Shown: positions 38,491-50,375 of the stretch, in pieces
Numbering within the stretch: position 1 is the first letter of the stretch
Layout: each line of letters opens with the position of its first letter
Assembly: GCA_013416795.1 (NCBI GenBank)
Contig: RQSC01000029.1
Location: 8,748 to 72,747, forward strand
Direction: 5' to 3'
Length of the DNA: 64,000 bases
From: Prasinococcaceae sp. CCMP 1430
Lineage: Eukaryota; Plantae; Prasinodermophyta
The notes under the pieces: generated by a model
What the model was told of the DNA's origin: nothing
What the model saw: the letters and a program-made list of their open reading frames with translations, nothing else
Databases searched by the model: none
Position numbers and translations under genes: made by a program

Positions 38491-39201
38491 GCCCACCGGC
38501 CGCGCCAGCGCCGGCGACGGGCGGAGGCGGGCGTGTCGCGCCGCAGCGCGCTGAAGGGCGCCTTCGCGGCGCTCGAGTGCACGCTCTTCCCCGCCGCGAC
38601 GGAGTTGCTCACGCGACCGGGGCTCCCCGGCGAGCCCAAGGCCACCCCTTCCGACCTCTTGCGCCCGGAGGCGTGGAAGTCACTCGCGCCGTACGACATG
38701 GACGGTGCTGCTCAGGCGGAGGCAGCCGCTGCGCTCGCGCGGGGCGACGAGCTCGTCGCGAGTGGCGACCCGGCCGGTGCCGTCGGTGAGTACGAGCGCG
38801 CGGCAGATTTGGTCGGCAGCGGGCAGTACAAGCTCTGGCAGGCGGCCACGCTGCGCGGTGGCCATGCCAAGGAGCTTGCGGGGGACAGGGCTGCGGGCAA
38901 CGCCAACTCGAGCGAGGTGTGGTGGTGGGGGCGCGGCCTGCGGTGGCCCGGATGGTACATCATTGCGTACCTGAGCGCACGCAGCGCCTACTACGACACT
39001 AAGTATCCCGATGGCGTGCCTGCGCCCGCGCGAGCCACAAGCAGGGCCTCGGCGCGGGGCGCTCTCGGAGCGAAGGCGCGAGGCGCCGAGCCCAAGCGCA
39101 AGGCGGGCAACGATCTGATATTCGAGCTCATCATACTCACCGTCGGTGGCATCGGGCTGCTCGCTGCGCTCCTCGAGTACGGCCTGCCAGATTACGTGTA
39201 G
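38491..39201 (+). CDS. Hypothetical plastid/thylakoid membrane protein with a TPR-like helix pair; 5' end in gap
   Basis: SRRSAL twin-Arg-like motif, ALARGDELV..GDPAGAVGEYERA, two hydrophobic segments. Confidence 0.55.
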   Translation, partial: AHRPRQRRRRAEAGVSRRSALKGAFAALECTLFPAATELLTRPGLPGEPKATPSDLLRPEAWKSLAPYDMDGAAQAEAAAALARGDELVASGDPAGAVGEYERAADLVGSGQYKLWQAATLRGGHAKELAGDRAAGNANSSEVWWWGRGLRWPGWYIIAYLSARSAYYDTKYPDGVPAPARATSRASARGALGAKARGAEPKRKAGNDLIFELIILTVGGIGLLAALLEYGLPDYV

Positions 39202-39364
39202 CAGGGCCGCCAATTGTGTGTTTAGTGAACATTGAATATTACTTGGTGTGCGTGGCGTGGCGAGCGCGTGCTCGTGGGCGCGCCAGAGGAGTGGCGCGCG
39301 GTCGCGCACGCTTTGTGTGCGCGCGCGGGCGCGCGCGCGTGGTGTGCGCGCGCGGAGGGGCGCG

Positions 39365-40555
39365 CTACGAGTGGTCGCCGAGAGCGACGGCGCGTTCGAT
39401 AACGAGGCCCACATCCGTCGGCGGGTACCGCTGCAGCAGCTTGACGCACGCGGCGAAGTCGCCTTGCAGCAGCACCTCGCGCGAGTGCATGAGCATCGCG
39501 ACGCAGAGCCTGAGCAGGCACTCCAGCCGATCGCGCTGCTCCGCCAGCAGAGCGTCCCACAGCGAGAGCGTGTCGGGCAGCGTAAACTCCTGGGTGAGCA
39601 GCAGCGTCACCCATCTGAATGCGTACAGGGTCGGCGCCACCCCATGCGTCTCGGTGAGGTGCGTGTGCAACGTGGGGTCGCGCGCCTCCAGCATTTGGTC
39701 GAGCCGCGCGAGGGTCGCCTTCACGCCGACGTCCGAGTTGTCCAGCTGCTTGCAGTAATGGTCCCTGAATTCCCCCATGAGCGTGCTGAAGCAGAAGAAT
39801 GCGTCCGCCTCCGCATCGACGTCGCGGGCACAGGAGGGCGCAGTGCGGAACACGTAGAAAAGCGGCGCGTAGAGCTCATTCATGCCCTGTACGTAGCGAA
39901 TGCCGGGGTTGAGCTTGGCGTATACGAAGAGGGCACGCGCCATGCACGTCTGCTTGTCGTTCAGGCACGAGGCGTCCCCTCCGCCGCGGTGTGAAACGCT
40001 CTCGGGCTCGCCGTCGGCGCTCAGTCCGGAGAAGAAGTGCACGTCCGGATGAGTCCGTTCGACGTCCCGCACGATCTGCTCGAGCTCCTCGCTGTCCGCG
40101 AAGAAGGCGCGCCAGGTGCTGTCGCTCGCCTGTGACAGCGGGTCATCCGACACGGCCTCGCGGCGCAGCTCGCCCTGCGTGGTCGCCTCCCCGCCATCCC
40201 CATCGGCCCAATCCCCGCGGTCCCCGTCCTCCCCGCTTCTACCGCCGAAGAGGCGGGGGTCCACCATCTCCTGCACGAATCGCTGGTATTCATTTCGCCT
40301 CGCAGCTTCCTCGTCCGCCCACGCCGACGAGTCGCGCGGCAGGTACCCTAGGAGGAGCTTCCACGCAGTCGCTCTGGCCGCCGCGGACACGCCAAGCCCA
40401 CGCCACGCCCCGGCGAGCGCGCCGACGTCCACGCGCTCGCACGAGAGCAGCGAGGCCACCCTCACCCCCGGCGACGTGGGCCTGGGCAACTCCACTTGCT
40501 GCGCCTGCGCTCGTCCCCCGCCGGCTGGCCCCGTTCCCCCCGCCTCGCCCGCCAT
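39365..40555 (-). CDS. TBC-domain Rab GAP (TBC1D13-like)
   Basis: WKLLLGYLP, DDPLS...WRAFF, IVRDVERT, YVQGMNEL, EADAFFCF, FRWVTLLLTQEF. Confidence 0.93.
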   Translation of the reverse strand: MAGEAGGTGPAGGGRAQAQQVELPRPTSPGVRVASLLSCERVDVGALAGAWRGLGVSAAARATAWKLLLGYLPRDSSAWADEEAARRNEYQRFVQEMVDPRLFGGRSGEDGDRGDWADGDGGEATTQGELRREAVSDDPLSQASDSTWRAFFADSEELEQIVRDVERTHPDVHFFSGLSADGEPESVSHRGGGDASCLNDKQTCMARALFVYAKLNPGIRYVQGMNELYAPLFYVFRTAPSCARDVDAEADAFFCFSTLMGEFRDHYCKQLDNSDVGVKATLARLDQMLEARDPTLHTHLTETHGVAPTLYAFRWVTLLLTQEFTLPDTLSLWDALLAEQRDRLECLLRLCVAMLMHSREVLLQGDFAACVKLLQRYPPTDVGLVIERAVALGDHS

Positions 40556-42152
40556 CCGCACGCCCCGCGCCGCGAGCGCGGCGCCGCGAGCGCCGATCGG
40601 CCCACCGCCAACTGCTCCCACACACGCACGCGCTCGCTCGCACGCTCGTTCTGNCCGGCGCCGCGCGCGCGCTCTGGCTCGGGCGCGGCGCTCGCCTCGC
40701 CAGCGCCGCCCACCGTTAGGGTTCGGCCCCCCTCGAGCATGTCATCTGATGGGTGAATAGTGCGTACTGTACACAATTGCTGTAATGTGTCATGATGGTA
40801 CACCGTGGCTCGATTGGACCTATATTGGGGTAGACCCTACCTCTCCTACCTCTCTCTCTCTGGCTCTGCAGTGGAGCGCAATAATCTGTTGCAGAGTGAA
40901 GGTGATTTGCGGGCGGGCTCGGATCCGGCGAGAGCCCGCACCCAACCAGCCAGCCCCCGAAAGCATCGATCGAATGCCCGGAAGGAAGTGGAAGGAGGGC
41001 GCACCAAACAAGCGAACGCAAAAGGGCTGGAAAAGGGCCAAAAACGGCGCGCACCCATCGAAGCGCGCGAGCGAGCGAGCGAGCGAGCGAGCGAGCGAGC
41101 GGGCAGTGGCGGGCGCGGCTGCCCGCCGTTCCCCTGGCACGCATGGCCGGGCTGGGGGCGGGGCGGGCGGGGGCGGGACGGCGGCGCCAGTCCGCGCGCA
41201 GCCTGGGAGGCGGGCGACGCAGGGTGGGGCAGGCGCAGGCCGAGGGAGGCCCGTGCCGGGCGGCGAGTGAGCCTCGACCAAGAGGGGGCGGCGCCACCGC
41301 TGCCGCCGCGCGCGCGCCCTGCCGCCGCGCCCATGACGGTCAGTGCGCCCACGCCGGGCGCAGCACGTGGGCCGCTTTCGAGCGTTGCGCGTGTGCGAGT
41401 GAGCACGGCATCCGAGGCGGCGNGCGCTGCGGCGCCGCCGCGCGCGCGCGCCCCTTCGCGGCTCGGGGAACGGGCGCGTCCCAACAATTCCAATTTGCGG
41501 GGCGAAAAGCGCCGTTGCGGACCCATATTTTTGCACCCGAAACGCGCGGCGCGCGCGTCGCCTTTCGATCGCCCTCCGCGAAATCAAAACGTCCCGCGAA
41601 GCGCGCGCCCGGCGGGCTGTCGCGCGGGCGTCCCGCCAACCAAAAGCGCGCGTCCCGCGAAGCGGTGCGATGTGCCTCCTCGCGCGCGGGGCCGCCCGAG
41701 AGATTGCGCGCGAGCGGCCGCGGGGGTGCGGATGGGGGAGGGGAGGGGAGATATTGCGGGGCTCGCCGGGATATTTGATCGCAGTTCCTGTGCCCCGGGC
41801 GGCGCGCGCGCGTCAGCCGCGGGGGCGGCTGGGCGACCGCGCGGCCGCGCTCTCGATCGAGGCCCATGCATGGCGCGCGCCGAGAGCGCTCCGGCGGGCG
41901 CGCCGCGGGCGCGCGCGATGCGAGGAGCCGCGAGCGGCGCTAGGACCTCCAGGCGCGCAGAGGAGGAGGCGGGGTCCCGTGGCCTGGTGCGGAGGGTAGA
42001 GGCAGGAGGGATCGGAGGAGCCGAACGGCGAGCGCGTCCCGCGCGCCTGTGCCTGTGCCGACCCGCGAGCTGCGTGCACGCGCGTGGCTGACGCTCCTCC
42101 TCCGACCGCGGCGAGCACAGGCCGGCGTCGCGTCGCGCTAGAGGTACACGGG

Positions 42153-44664
42153 ATGTTCGTGGAAGACAAGGCCTGCGAGGTCGATAAGGCCTCTGACGAC
42201 GGCGACGAGTTGATGGCGCGTCACGTCGGCGGCGCGACGCCTGCATGCGCCGCCGCGCCGCTTGGCGTGGGCGGATTCCACGCGGCCGTCTACTCGTACG
42301 ACATGGCCGACGGCGGGCTGATAGATGGGAGCTCCCTGTCGGCTCCGGAAATTCTCACCAAGGACGACGGCACGCCCCTAGTCGGCACGCTGCCGGAGAT
42401 TATCATCTTCCTGAACAGCAAGGAGAGCTACCTTCTGGACAAGGGCTTCAGCCCACACCTTCTGTACGCCGCGGACGACAGCGGCAAGCTCGAACAAATC
42501 CAACTTGCAGGCACGGGAGCAATGGGAGAGCGGATTGGAATGCACGAGCCCAGCTCAGTCTCCGACGTGCGTGCGTCTGCGCCCGGTAGCGCAGTGTCTG
42601 CGCCGTGCGGCGACTTTGATGCGCGCGCACGGCCCTCCAGCACCGCGGCAGGAGATGCACCTCGTGGTAGCGCGTCCGTGGTAGCCAGGTCATTCCTCGC
42701 CAACACAAACAGCAAGTTTCTGCGGCTCAAGGTGGACGAATTCGTGGCGGAGACGTCACTGTCCGGACCTGGAGGTCCACGTCATGACGATGCTCGCATC
42801 TCCCCCGGCGCGCAGCCGCCCTACAACCGGGTGGCGCCACGCCAGAGCTCCTTCAATATGACCAAGCGCGGCGACGACGGCCCAGACCGACAAGACTCGC
42901 CTGCTGGCGCGCCTGCGGGTGGACCCAATTATCCCGAGCCAGCTGCACCGGCACTCAGTGCAGGCTCGGCCCCGCCCGTCAAGCGCGTCCCTGGGGCACC
43001 CGCAAGCGCTGAAACGGCGTGCGTCGTCACTACAATCGGCGATTCCGCGCAACAGCAGAGTCGACGCGAGGCCGACAAAGCTGGCGACCGCCAGCTCGGT
43101 GCCAATTTAGGTGGAATCGATGGCGTTCGCAGCGCCATGCTCTCGCAGCCACAGATACGTATGCAGGCTCTACTGCTAGCGCACACGGCCACGCTGCATG
43201 GCGATCGACCGCGCAGTGATGCTGCCACCAACGACGACGACGGCGACGGCGACGATCGGACTCTCATCCGCAAGGCAGCACACGCACCGGCCGTCGCAAC
43301 GTCGGGAGGAGGAGGCTGCAATGTGATGAGTAGCCCGACCTTCGACGACGACAACCTCAACCTAGTCTTCGGTTTGGGCAGCGACGTGTTTGAGGCGCTC
43401 AACATAGGCTTCGAGGACGAAGACTTGCTGAGTGGGCTTGTTGATACCGCATCCGCACTCCCCGACCAGCCACAGTCAATATCTACCGGTGTTGGGCAGC
43501 GCACAGTCAGCGAAGAACTGTACGTGGCCACGCATGTGCACACGGGTGCGCTTAGTGGCAACAGTGACCGCGGCGCGCACTCGGCGCTCGCAATGGCCGA
43601 GGCAGCGGCCATCATGACCTCAAATCACGACGACGCATTGCATGCTCTGGCATGCGACGGCGATCCCCTGATTCCGAGCGCCGCTGCTGCCGCCTCTGGG
43701 CGCCGCAGCGGCAGCAAGCGAATCCGCAACCGTCGTGGCAGTTACGAGCCGCTAGTGCGTGATCGGGCTGCGCAGGACGCCAGCACAAGAGGAAATGACT
43801 ACAGCACACGCTGCAGCGATCACGCGGTGCACATCCCAACACCGCCGAGCATCTACAATGGCGCAAATGGCTGTGAACCTGACAGCATTCGAAGCGACGA
43901 GGACAGCGAGCACCGGCCCAGCGTGGCCCACAGACTTCCCACGCCACGATCGTCGCCCATAGGTAGGGCATTAGCGCCCACGCGGCGCCCGCGCTCGGCC
44001 GGCCAGACAAGGCCACCTTCTGGAAACAAAACCAAGGCGACCTCGGGTGGCGCACGTGCGAGCGTCAGGGGCACCGGGGATACCCGCAAGCCTGGCCAAC
44101 TCGCGCAAGACCTTGCAACAGAGCGCAAGAACCGCATCACGCTTGCCGATTTGTGCGCGCGATTCGACATGCCATTGGCTGAGGCCGCCGCAGATCTGGG
44201 TATTTGTGCGACAATTCTCAAGAAGGTGTGCCGCAAGTTTGGCGTGCAGCGCTGGCCGCACAGAGGCCTCAAGAGGCTGAACACCACGCTAGCGATGATG
44301 GAGGAGCAGCTCTTCGGCGAGGGCGAGGGAGACCAAACCGCGAAGGTGAGATCTCTATCACACGAGGGCGTATGCGGCGCGCTGCGCATGCTGCACGCAC
44401 AATCGTGTTTTGCGCGACTCAATCTGACCTCAGTCTCATCAACTCAACCGTACACCGTCTTCCGCCCCGCATATTCACACCCAGGCAATACTCCAGACGG
44501 AATACGAGCGCCTCAAGAAGGAGAAGGACGCCATCATGAGCGGCAAAGGCACCTGCATGCGCACGTTGCAGCAATCGGTTAGCAACGAGGGCGCGCCCGC
44601 GGCGCCAGAAGAGGGCCATGCGGCGGGCACGAGCATTGGCGGGGTGGGCGCGCCGACCGCATAG
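42153..44664 (+). CDS. RWP-RK transcription factor (RKD-like, no PB1); intron 44346-44484; start uncertain
   Basis: ITLADLCARFDMPLAEAAADLGICATILKKVCRKFGVQRWPHR; spliced coiled-coil tail AILQTEYERLKKEKDAIM. Confidence 0.9.
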
Positions 44665-44909
44665 GTGGCAACGCATATCACTTCGTTGAGCTAGGGCGAG
44701 CACGCGCACCAAGCACTAGGCGAGGGAGGCAGGGAGCGAGGAGCTCTCCGGATTTTTTAAAGCTCCACAGGCCATGGATGAATTTCCATGGACAACGGCA
44801 TTGACATAAACTTAGGGTCCGTTGGCTACATCGCCGCACAGCACACACACAAAGCGCCCATTGCACGCGGTACGCGTCTCCAGCACCTGCCCCACCTCCT
44901 AGTCACGCC

Positions 44910-46290
44910 TTAGGCACTGATTCCTTGATGGCGTTTGCGAGTGCCGTCGCTGCTGCGGGGTTCTTGCACTTGACGCAGAACATCCTAGCCACGGGTGGCG
45001 CAGCAGCGGCCTCCGCGTCCGCCTTGGCTTGCTCGTCGGCGTTGTCCTTCAGCTCTGGCTCGACAGCCACCATCAGCGTCACCTAGAGCACACACAAGTC
45101 GGCGGCATGCGTCAGCACTGATCGGCATCAAAGCACACACAGATACAGCACCTGGCCCTTCCCTGACCCTCAACTCTCCACCCTCACTCCGTGATGATGA
45201 TGAGGGTCATGATTGGGGTCGTGATGAGCACCGCGTCGCGAGGATGGCAAACGCGCCCATATTCGAGCTCGCGCACGCACCAACACATTGTTCTTGGCCG
45301 GCTTTGGGTCCACTCCAGCGTGCAGCGCCGCGTTGAGTCGCACGGTGCCAAGCGAACCAGTGGTGAGCAGCACGCGCGGCTTGGATTCCTTGGTGCCCGC
45401 CGAGCTGCCGACCTGGCGGCACACCTTGAAGGTGCCCGCGCCGCCCTTCTCCCGCCACGCATCCGATGCCTTCTCTTTGGTGTACACCTTGACCTTCATC
45501 TCGTATACAGCCTCCTCGCCATCCGCCAGCCCCGCGCTGCCCGCGATGGAGGGCGATGGCGGCTCGTCTGGCGCCTCCTCACCGTCTGCACCAGCAGCAG
45601 CGGCCGCCGGCGCTGGCGCCGGCGCTGCTGCCGCATTGCCAAAGAGGCTGACAGGCGCCCCCGCGGCAGGTGCTGCTCCCGGCGCGGCGCTGCCAAATCC
45701 ACCGAAGGCACCAAAGGGGCTGTCCGCCGGAGGGGCGGGCGCCGGTGGGAAGAGCGATGCGGGCTTGCTCTCGTCATCGCCGGGCGGCGCCGGCGAGTCG
45801 AGGAACGATTTGGGCTTTGGCAAGAGTGTGCTGCCTGGTTTGGGCAGCATCATCCCGCCCGATCCACCGGCGGGCGATGCGCCTGCGAGTGTTGCGGCTG
45901 ACTCATTGGCGGGTGATGCACCGCGCGCGGCGCTGGGCACGGCGGACGTACCCGCGGCCACTCCGCCGAGGGCCTTCGAGACGCCGTGCTCCTCGGCGAG
46001 CTCCTCCGTGTAGCGCACATAGTCGCGCGCACCGGCTGCAAGGGATGCGGGCGGCAGCGAGGGCGAGACGTTGGCAGTCACCCAGTCGAGGAACTGCGCG
46101 TTGAGCTCGCCCAGAGCTTTGGCATACGCCCCCCCCCCCGCGCCCCCCGCGCCGTTTGCAGCAGGCTTTGGAGCCACAGGCATGGCGGCCGCCGCCCCGA
46201 AGCCCGCGAATGGGTTCGCCGCTCCCCCGCCGCTGCCGCCGCCCGATGCGAACGGGTTGGCGCCCCGGCGGCCGCGCGACCCCGTGCCAT
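44910..46290 (-). CDS. NUP50: Nucleoporin Nup50/Nup2-like with RanBP1 domain; intron 45280-45083; 5' end defective
   Basis: NPFA/FG repeats, LNAQFLDWV...DYVRY helix block, RanBD WREKGGAGTFKV..PRVLL..GTVRLN. Confidence 0.82.
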
Positions 46291-46344
46291 TCAACGGAAG
46301 CCAAATTGATGGTACAGAGTTCAATTTACACTATGTACTACAAA

Positions 46345-47718
46345 TCAGGCAGGCAGGAGTCGGTCCGTTTCATCGTCCGCATCGTTGCCAGCAGCGGCGT
46401 CGTCCCCAGTGCCGTCCCGGAGGCTGACCTCGACGAGGTCCGCGCCTTCGTCGGCGCCGCCTCCCGCGGCGAGCGCGCTGGCGCCACCGCCCTTCCATGC
46501 GCCGGCACCGCGCGCGCGCCCGCCGCCGCCCTCGGCGGCCACCGACGCGTCCAGATCCACGAGCTGAAGTCCGCTGCGACAGCGCCGCGCTGCGCCCGCC
46601 TCCGCTCGCTTCCGCCGCCGGTCGGAGCTCACAATGACCAGCCCGACGCCCACGAGCGTCACGCCGCAGCCGACCACGCTGTACACGCCCGGAATGGAAG
46701 CGACGCCAATCTCGTAGCCCACCAGCGCCTGCGGCAGTGGCAGTACCATGAGCGCCACCGACACGACGATGGGCGGAAGGCGCTGGACGGCCCCGATCAC
46801 ACACGCGTGGCCGACCGCGGCCGCCACAGCTATTGTAGCCAGGCAAGGGAACAAGAAGTCGCTCGAGGGCCACTGCAAAAGGCCGAGGCTTTTGCCGTCC
46901 CCTGCAAAGCTGGCGTTCGCCGAGAGCAGCGGGAAGGTCAACAAAGTGATGGGCACCATGAAGACGTGCGCTGCACCCATGACGAGCAGAGGGGGGACCT
47001 CAGACAATTGCCACTTTGACCAGACCATGTACATGGCGTAGAGGCACGCGTTTCCCAGCGCAGCCATGTCCCCTTTGAGCGTCACCGGCGTTCCCGCCAG
47101 GCTGTTGTGCGCCTCCCCTCCGCCGTCAGAGCCGCAAGAAGCGCATTGAGCGCTCGCCGCCGCATCCTCAGCGTGCGAGGAGCCCAGCGCGGAAGCGATG
47201 GCCAGGCCCACCACCGCCGCCACTGACCCCGCGACTTCGCCCGCAGATGGCGGTTCGGCCGGCACGCTACCGCCGACGGCTTCCACTGCGCGCCTCACCC
47301 GCGCCGAGTGGCGCGTTGCCAGCCACAGCGCACCCTCGCCCGACACCACGAACCACGGCACGAGCTGCGCGAGCACGGTCGCGTGCACGAAGCTGGTCGT
47401 GCTGATGCAGTAGTTCCATGCCATGAAAGAGAGCAGGAAGAGCATCGCACAAACAAACACCCGCCAGCCGACCCCCGGAGCGAGCGCAGCAGCGCGTCCC
47501 TCGTCGCCCGCCAGAACCCACGCGACTGGGCACAGCGCCGCGACGTACAGGGCCGCCGACGCCTGAATGCGCCAGCTCGTGCGCAAGAGCGGGTCCACAT
47601 CCACCACCTTGAAGCACGGAGCGGCCACGCTGAAGACGCCCACGACAGTCGCGAGGCACACGAGGCCCACCGCGCGCCGGCGCGCGCCGGCATCGCCACC
47701 GCCCGCGCCCCCGACCAT
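46345..47718 (-). CDS. DMT/EamA-family transporter
   Basis: About 10 TM helices in two repeats; GDMAAL..ACLYAMY; LPPIVVSV...P. Confidence 0.85.
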   Translation of the reverse strand: MVGGAGGGDAGARRRAVGLVCLATVVGVFSVAAPCFKVVDVDPLLRTSWRIQASAALYVAALCPVAWVLAGDEGRAAALAPGVGWRVFVCAMLFLLSFMAWNYCISTTSFVHATVLAQLVPWFVVSGEGALWLATRHSARVRRAVEAVGGSVPAEPPSAGEVAGSVAAVVGLAIASALGSSHAEDAAASAQCASCGSDGGGEAHNSLAGTPVTLKGDMAALGNACLYAMYMVWSKWQLSEVPPLLVMGAAHVFMVPITLLTFPLLSANASFAGDGKSLGLLQWPSSDFLFPCLATIAVAAAVGHACVIGAVQRLPPIVVSVALMVLPLPQALVGYEIGVASIPGVYSVVGCGVTLVGVGLVIVSSDRRRKRAEAGAARRCRSGLQLVDLDASVAAEGGGGRARGAGAWKGGGASALAAGGGADEGADLVEVSLRDGTGDDAAAGNDADDETDRLLPA

Positions 47719-47812
47719 CGCCGCGCGCCCGACCCGNNNNNNNNNNNNNNNNNNNNNNNNNNNNNNNNNNNNNNNNNNNNNNNNNNNNNNNNNNNNNNNN
47801 NNNNNNNNNNNN

Positions 47813-48450
47813 CGGCGCTCGCGCTCGGCGGCGGCCGCGCGGCGCGCACGGCGTACTACGAGCCGCAAGCGCTCGCGCCGAGCGCGGCGTACGAGCTGCG
47901 TGTGTCGTGGCCGGGGACGGTGAGGGCGCCTTGGCGACCGAGAGGTCGAGCGACGGCGTGCGCGAGCGCGAGCTCGAGCGCGAGCTCGCGGTGACTAAGC
48001 GCGCTGCCGCTGCCGAGCGCTCGTCTGACGCCCGCGCCACCTCCCCGCCTCGCTCTGTAGGTGCCGGTGCGATGGGAGCTGTCGCTCGCGTTCGTGGACG
48101 CGGCAGGCACGGTGCGCCCCCTACCTGCGGCACGCCATCGAAGGGCGCTGCTCGACGCTGAGAAGCTCATCTTCCGAACTGACGCCGCCGCGCGCGTCGA
48201 GGGCTTGCCCGCTGCCGCCGCCGCTCCGCTTGTGGCCGTCACCGCGACGCGGTACGGGGTGCGGCCACTCGGCGACGCACCTGCCCCTGACGAGGTCGAG
48301 TATGCAGTCGCACTCGAGCGCGTGCTACTAGGCGTGCTGCCGACCTCCACGCTCCCCACCATCGCCGTCGCCGCCGCTCTCGCGTGCGCGTGCTATGTGC
48401 TCGCAGCGGAGCTCGCGCGGCGAGCGCCTGGCGAGCGCAAGGCCATGTAG
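47813..48450 (+). CDS. Single-pass membrane protein, PGA1-like (GPI mannosyltransferase II cofactor-like); 5' end in gap; intron 47920-48060
   Basis: YELRVSWPGTVP, RRALLDAEKLIF, YAVALERVLLGVLP before a C-terminal TM helix. Confidence 0.55.
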
Positions 48451-48626
48451 ATCGCCAGCACCTTCGTGAGCGTCCGCGGCAGACCATCGAGGCGGGCCCT
48501 AATATTCACTAGCCCGTAGAGCCGTGTGCGCACCTGTACAAGTCAAATGCAAAGAATTACCTCGTGCGCATACCGCCTGCTTGCGTTCGCGATGGCGCGA
48601 GCGCACGCGGAGCCGCGCACGCGTGC

Positions 48627-49792
48627 TCAGTGGTGCTTCAGAAGGTTGCCCGCGCGCTTGACGGCGTCTGGCATCTCCAAGAGCCCTGCTTTGTATGCCC
48701 ACATCGCCGCGCGGTCCATAAAAGCCTGCGGGCCGTCGAGGGAGGGACGGAGGTCGATGTGGATGGCCGCGGCCTGGCCAGGCAGCGCCGGCGCGTTGTA
48801 GAAGTCCACCACGTAGCGCACGTCCGTGCCACAGCGGTCGACCACCTGCGATTTTTCATGTCCCAGCGGGATGCGTGCGCGCAGCCGCGGTGCGAGTCAG
48901 ACGTGCACGCGCGCCGCGCGTGGGGGCGAGGGCAGGGGGGTGGCAGGGCCGAGCTGCACTCACCCAGTCGTGCCTGTCGAAGGGGGCCGAATAGCCCATT
49001 GCCATGAGGAAGCGCGCGCGGGGGCTGAGTTTCTTGGCATCGCCCGAGAAGCTCTTGAGGCGCACGCGGCGCGACCCGCAGTCGCCCTCGTGCAGCGCTT
49101 CCCACTCGAGCACCTGACCCCACGCGCGCTCGTTCACCGCGTTGTGGATGGCCACCACCGAGGGCATATCCTGCTCCTGTGGGTCCCAGCCCTTGCGCTT
49201 CATTGCGTTGAAGAACATCTGCTGCGAGGGATACATCCAGCGCGAGTGGCCCTCCGGCTGGTGCACGGGGCCCTCAGCAGTGTTGCGTTTGATGGACGAC
49301 ATTTCACGCCGCGTCGAGAGCGGCAACGTTTGTCCTGCATGCTGCTGCTGATCACCCGCGGGCATCATGTTGAGCGGGTTGACGCCGCCCACAGGCGAGC
49401 TGGCGCTCGGACATGCGTCTGCGCCGCCTGCGCGCGTGCAGAGAATGCGCGGTCACATGCGTCAGCAGCTCCAGGGCGGATGGCCGGCGTGTCGGGCGGG
49501 CGCAGGCGCGTCGTCGCGCCGCGCGCGCACCTGCTGCCGCCCCGCACCCCGGAGGCGCGCCCGCGCTGGCGCCGGCGCTGCTCGCGTCGCCCTCGTGGTC
49601 GACGGGGCACGACCAGCCCATCCATACTGACACGCCGTGCACCGCCTCCACAACAGGCCGCGGCACCACCCTCAGGAAGCCTTCCGCCTGTTGCTCCCTC
49701 TGGTGCCGTTGTCGCTGCTGCTGTGAGGCCTGCTCCTGCTCCTGCGTCCGCGCCTGTGCCTGCGCCTGTGGCGGCGGACCCGCCCCGCCCAT
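48627..49792 (-). CDS. HCCS: Holocytochrome c synthase (cytochrome c heme lyase); introns 49530-49428 and 48963-48846
   Basis: CP motifs, WMYPSQQMFFNAMKRKG, IHNAVNERAW, SPRAR, PFDRHDW/VVDRCG..VRYVVDFY. Confidence 0.96.
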
Positions 49793-50375
49793 CCTCGCTC
49801 GGCGCTGTGCGGCGGCGGCGCTCGCTGCGCTGCGCTGCGCTGCGCTGCGCGGCGGGGCGGGGCTCGTGCGGGGCGGAGCTCGTGCGGCGCGCGAGCAGCA
49901 GCGCCAGCGGCGAGCTGCGACGGACAGGGCCCTTGGGTGGAGGCTTGAGTGGGGAGAGGTCGGAGTGGGAAGGGGAGGGGGAAGGGGCGCGGACGCGCGC
50001 CGTGTGGCCCCCCTGCGGCGGTGGCTGCCGGCGGCCAGATTTTTTTTCCTCCGATGCGCATTTTCGCGGATTTTTCGGTCCGAATTTCTCCCCCTCAGTT
50101 TTTTTTTTTTCGTCCATCCATCTCCAACTCTTTAGTACTGCTGACGTCTTCGAAACCCATATCAAAACGAAAGCGATTGGGGGCGCGGGCCGACCAGGCT
50201 GCGCGCGACCGAAGCGGCGGCGACGCGGCGCGCGAGCGAAGCCGACGCCCTCCGCGGCAATACTGCGCTTGCGCGCGCGAATCCGAAGTGCGCGGCGAGG
50301 CGCTGCCCGGCAGGGGTCTGCGCTGCCCGGCGCTGCGCGGCGCGACGCGGCGCGCTGGCGCGCCCGCGGGGTGTC

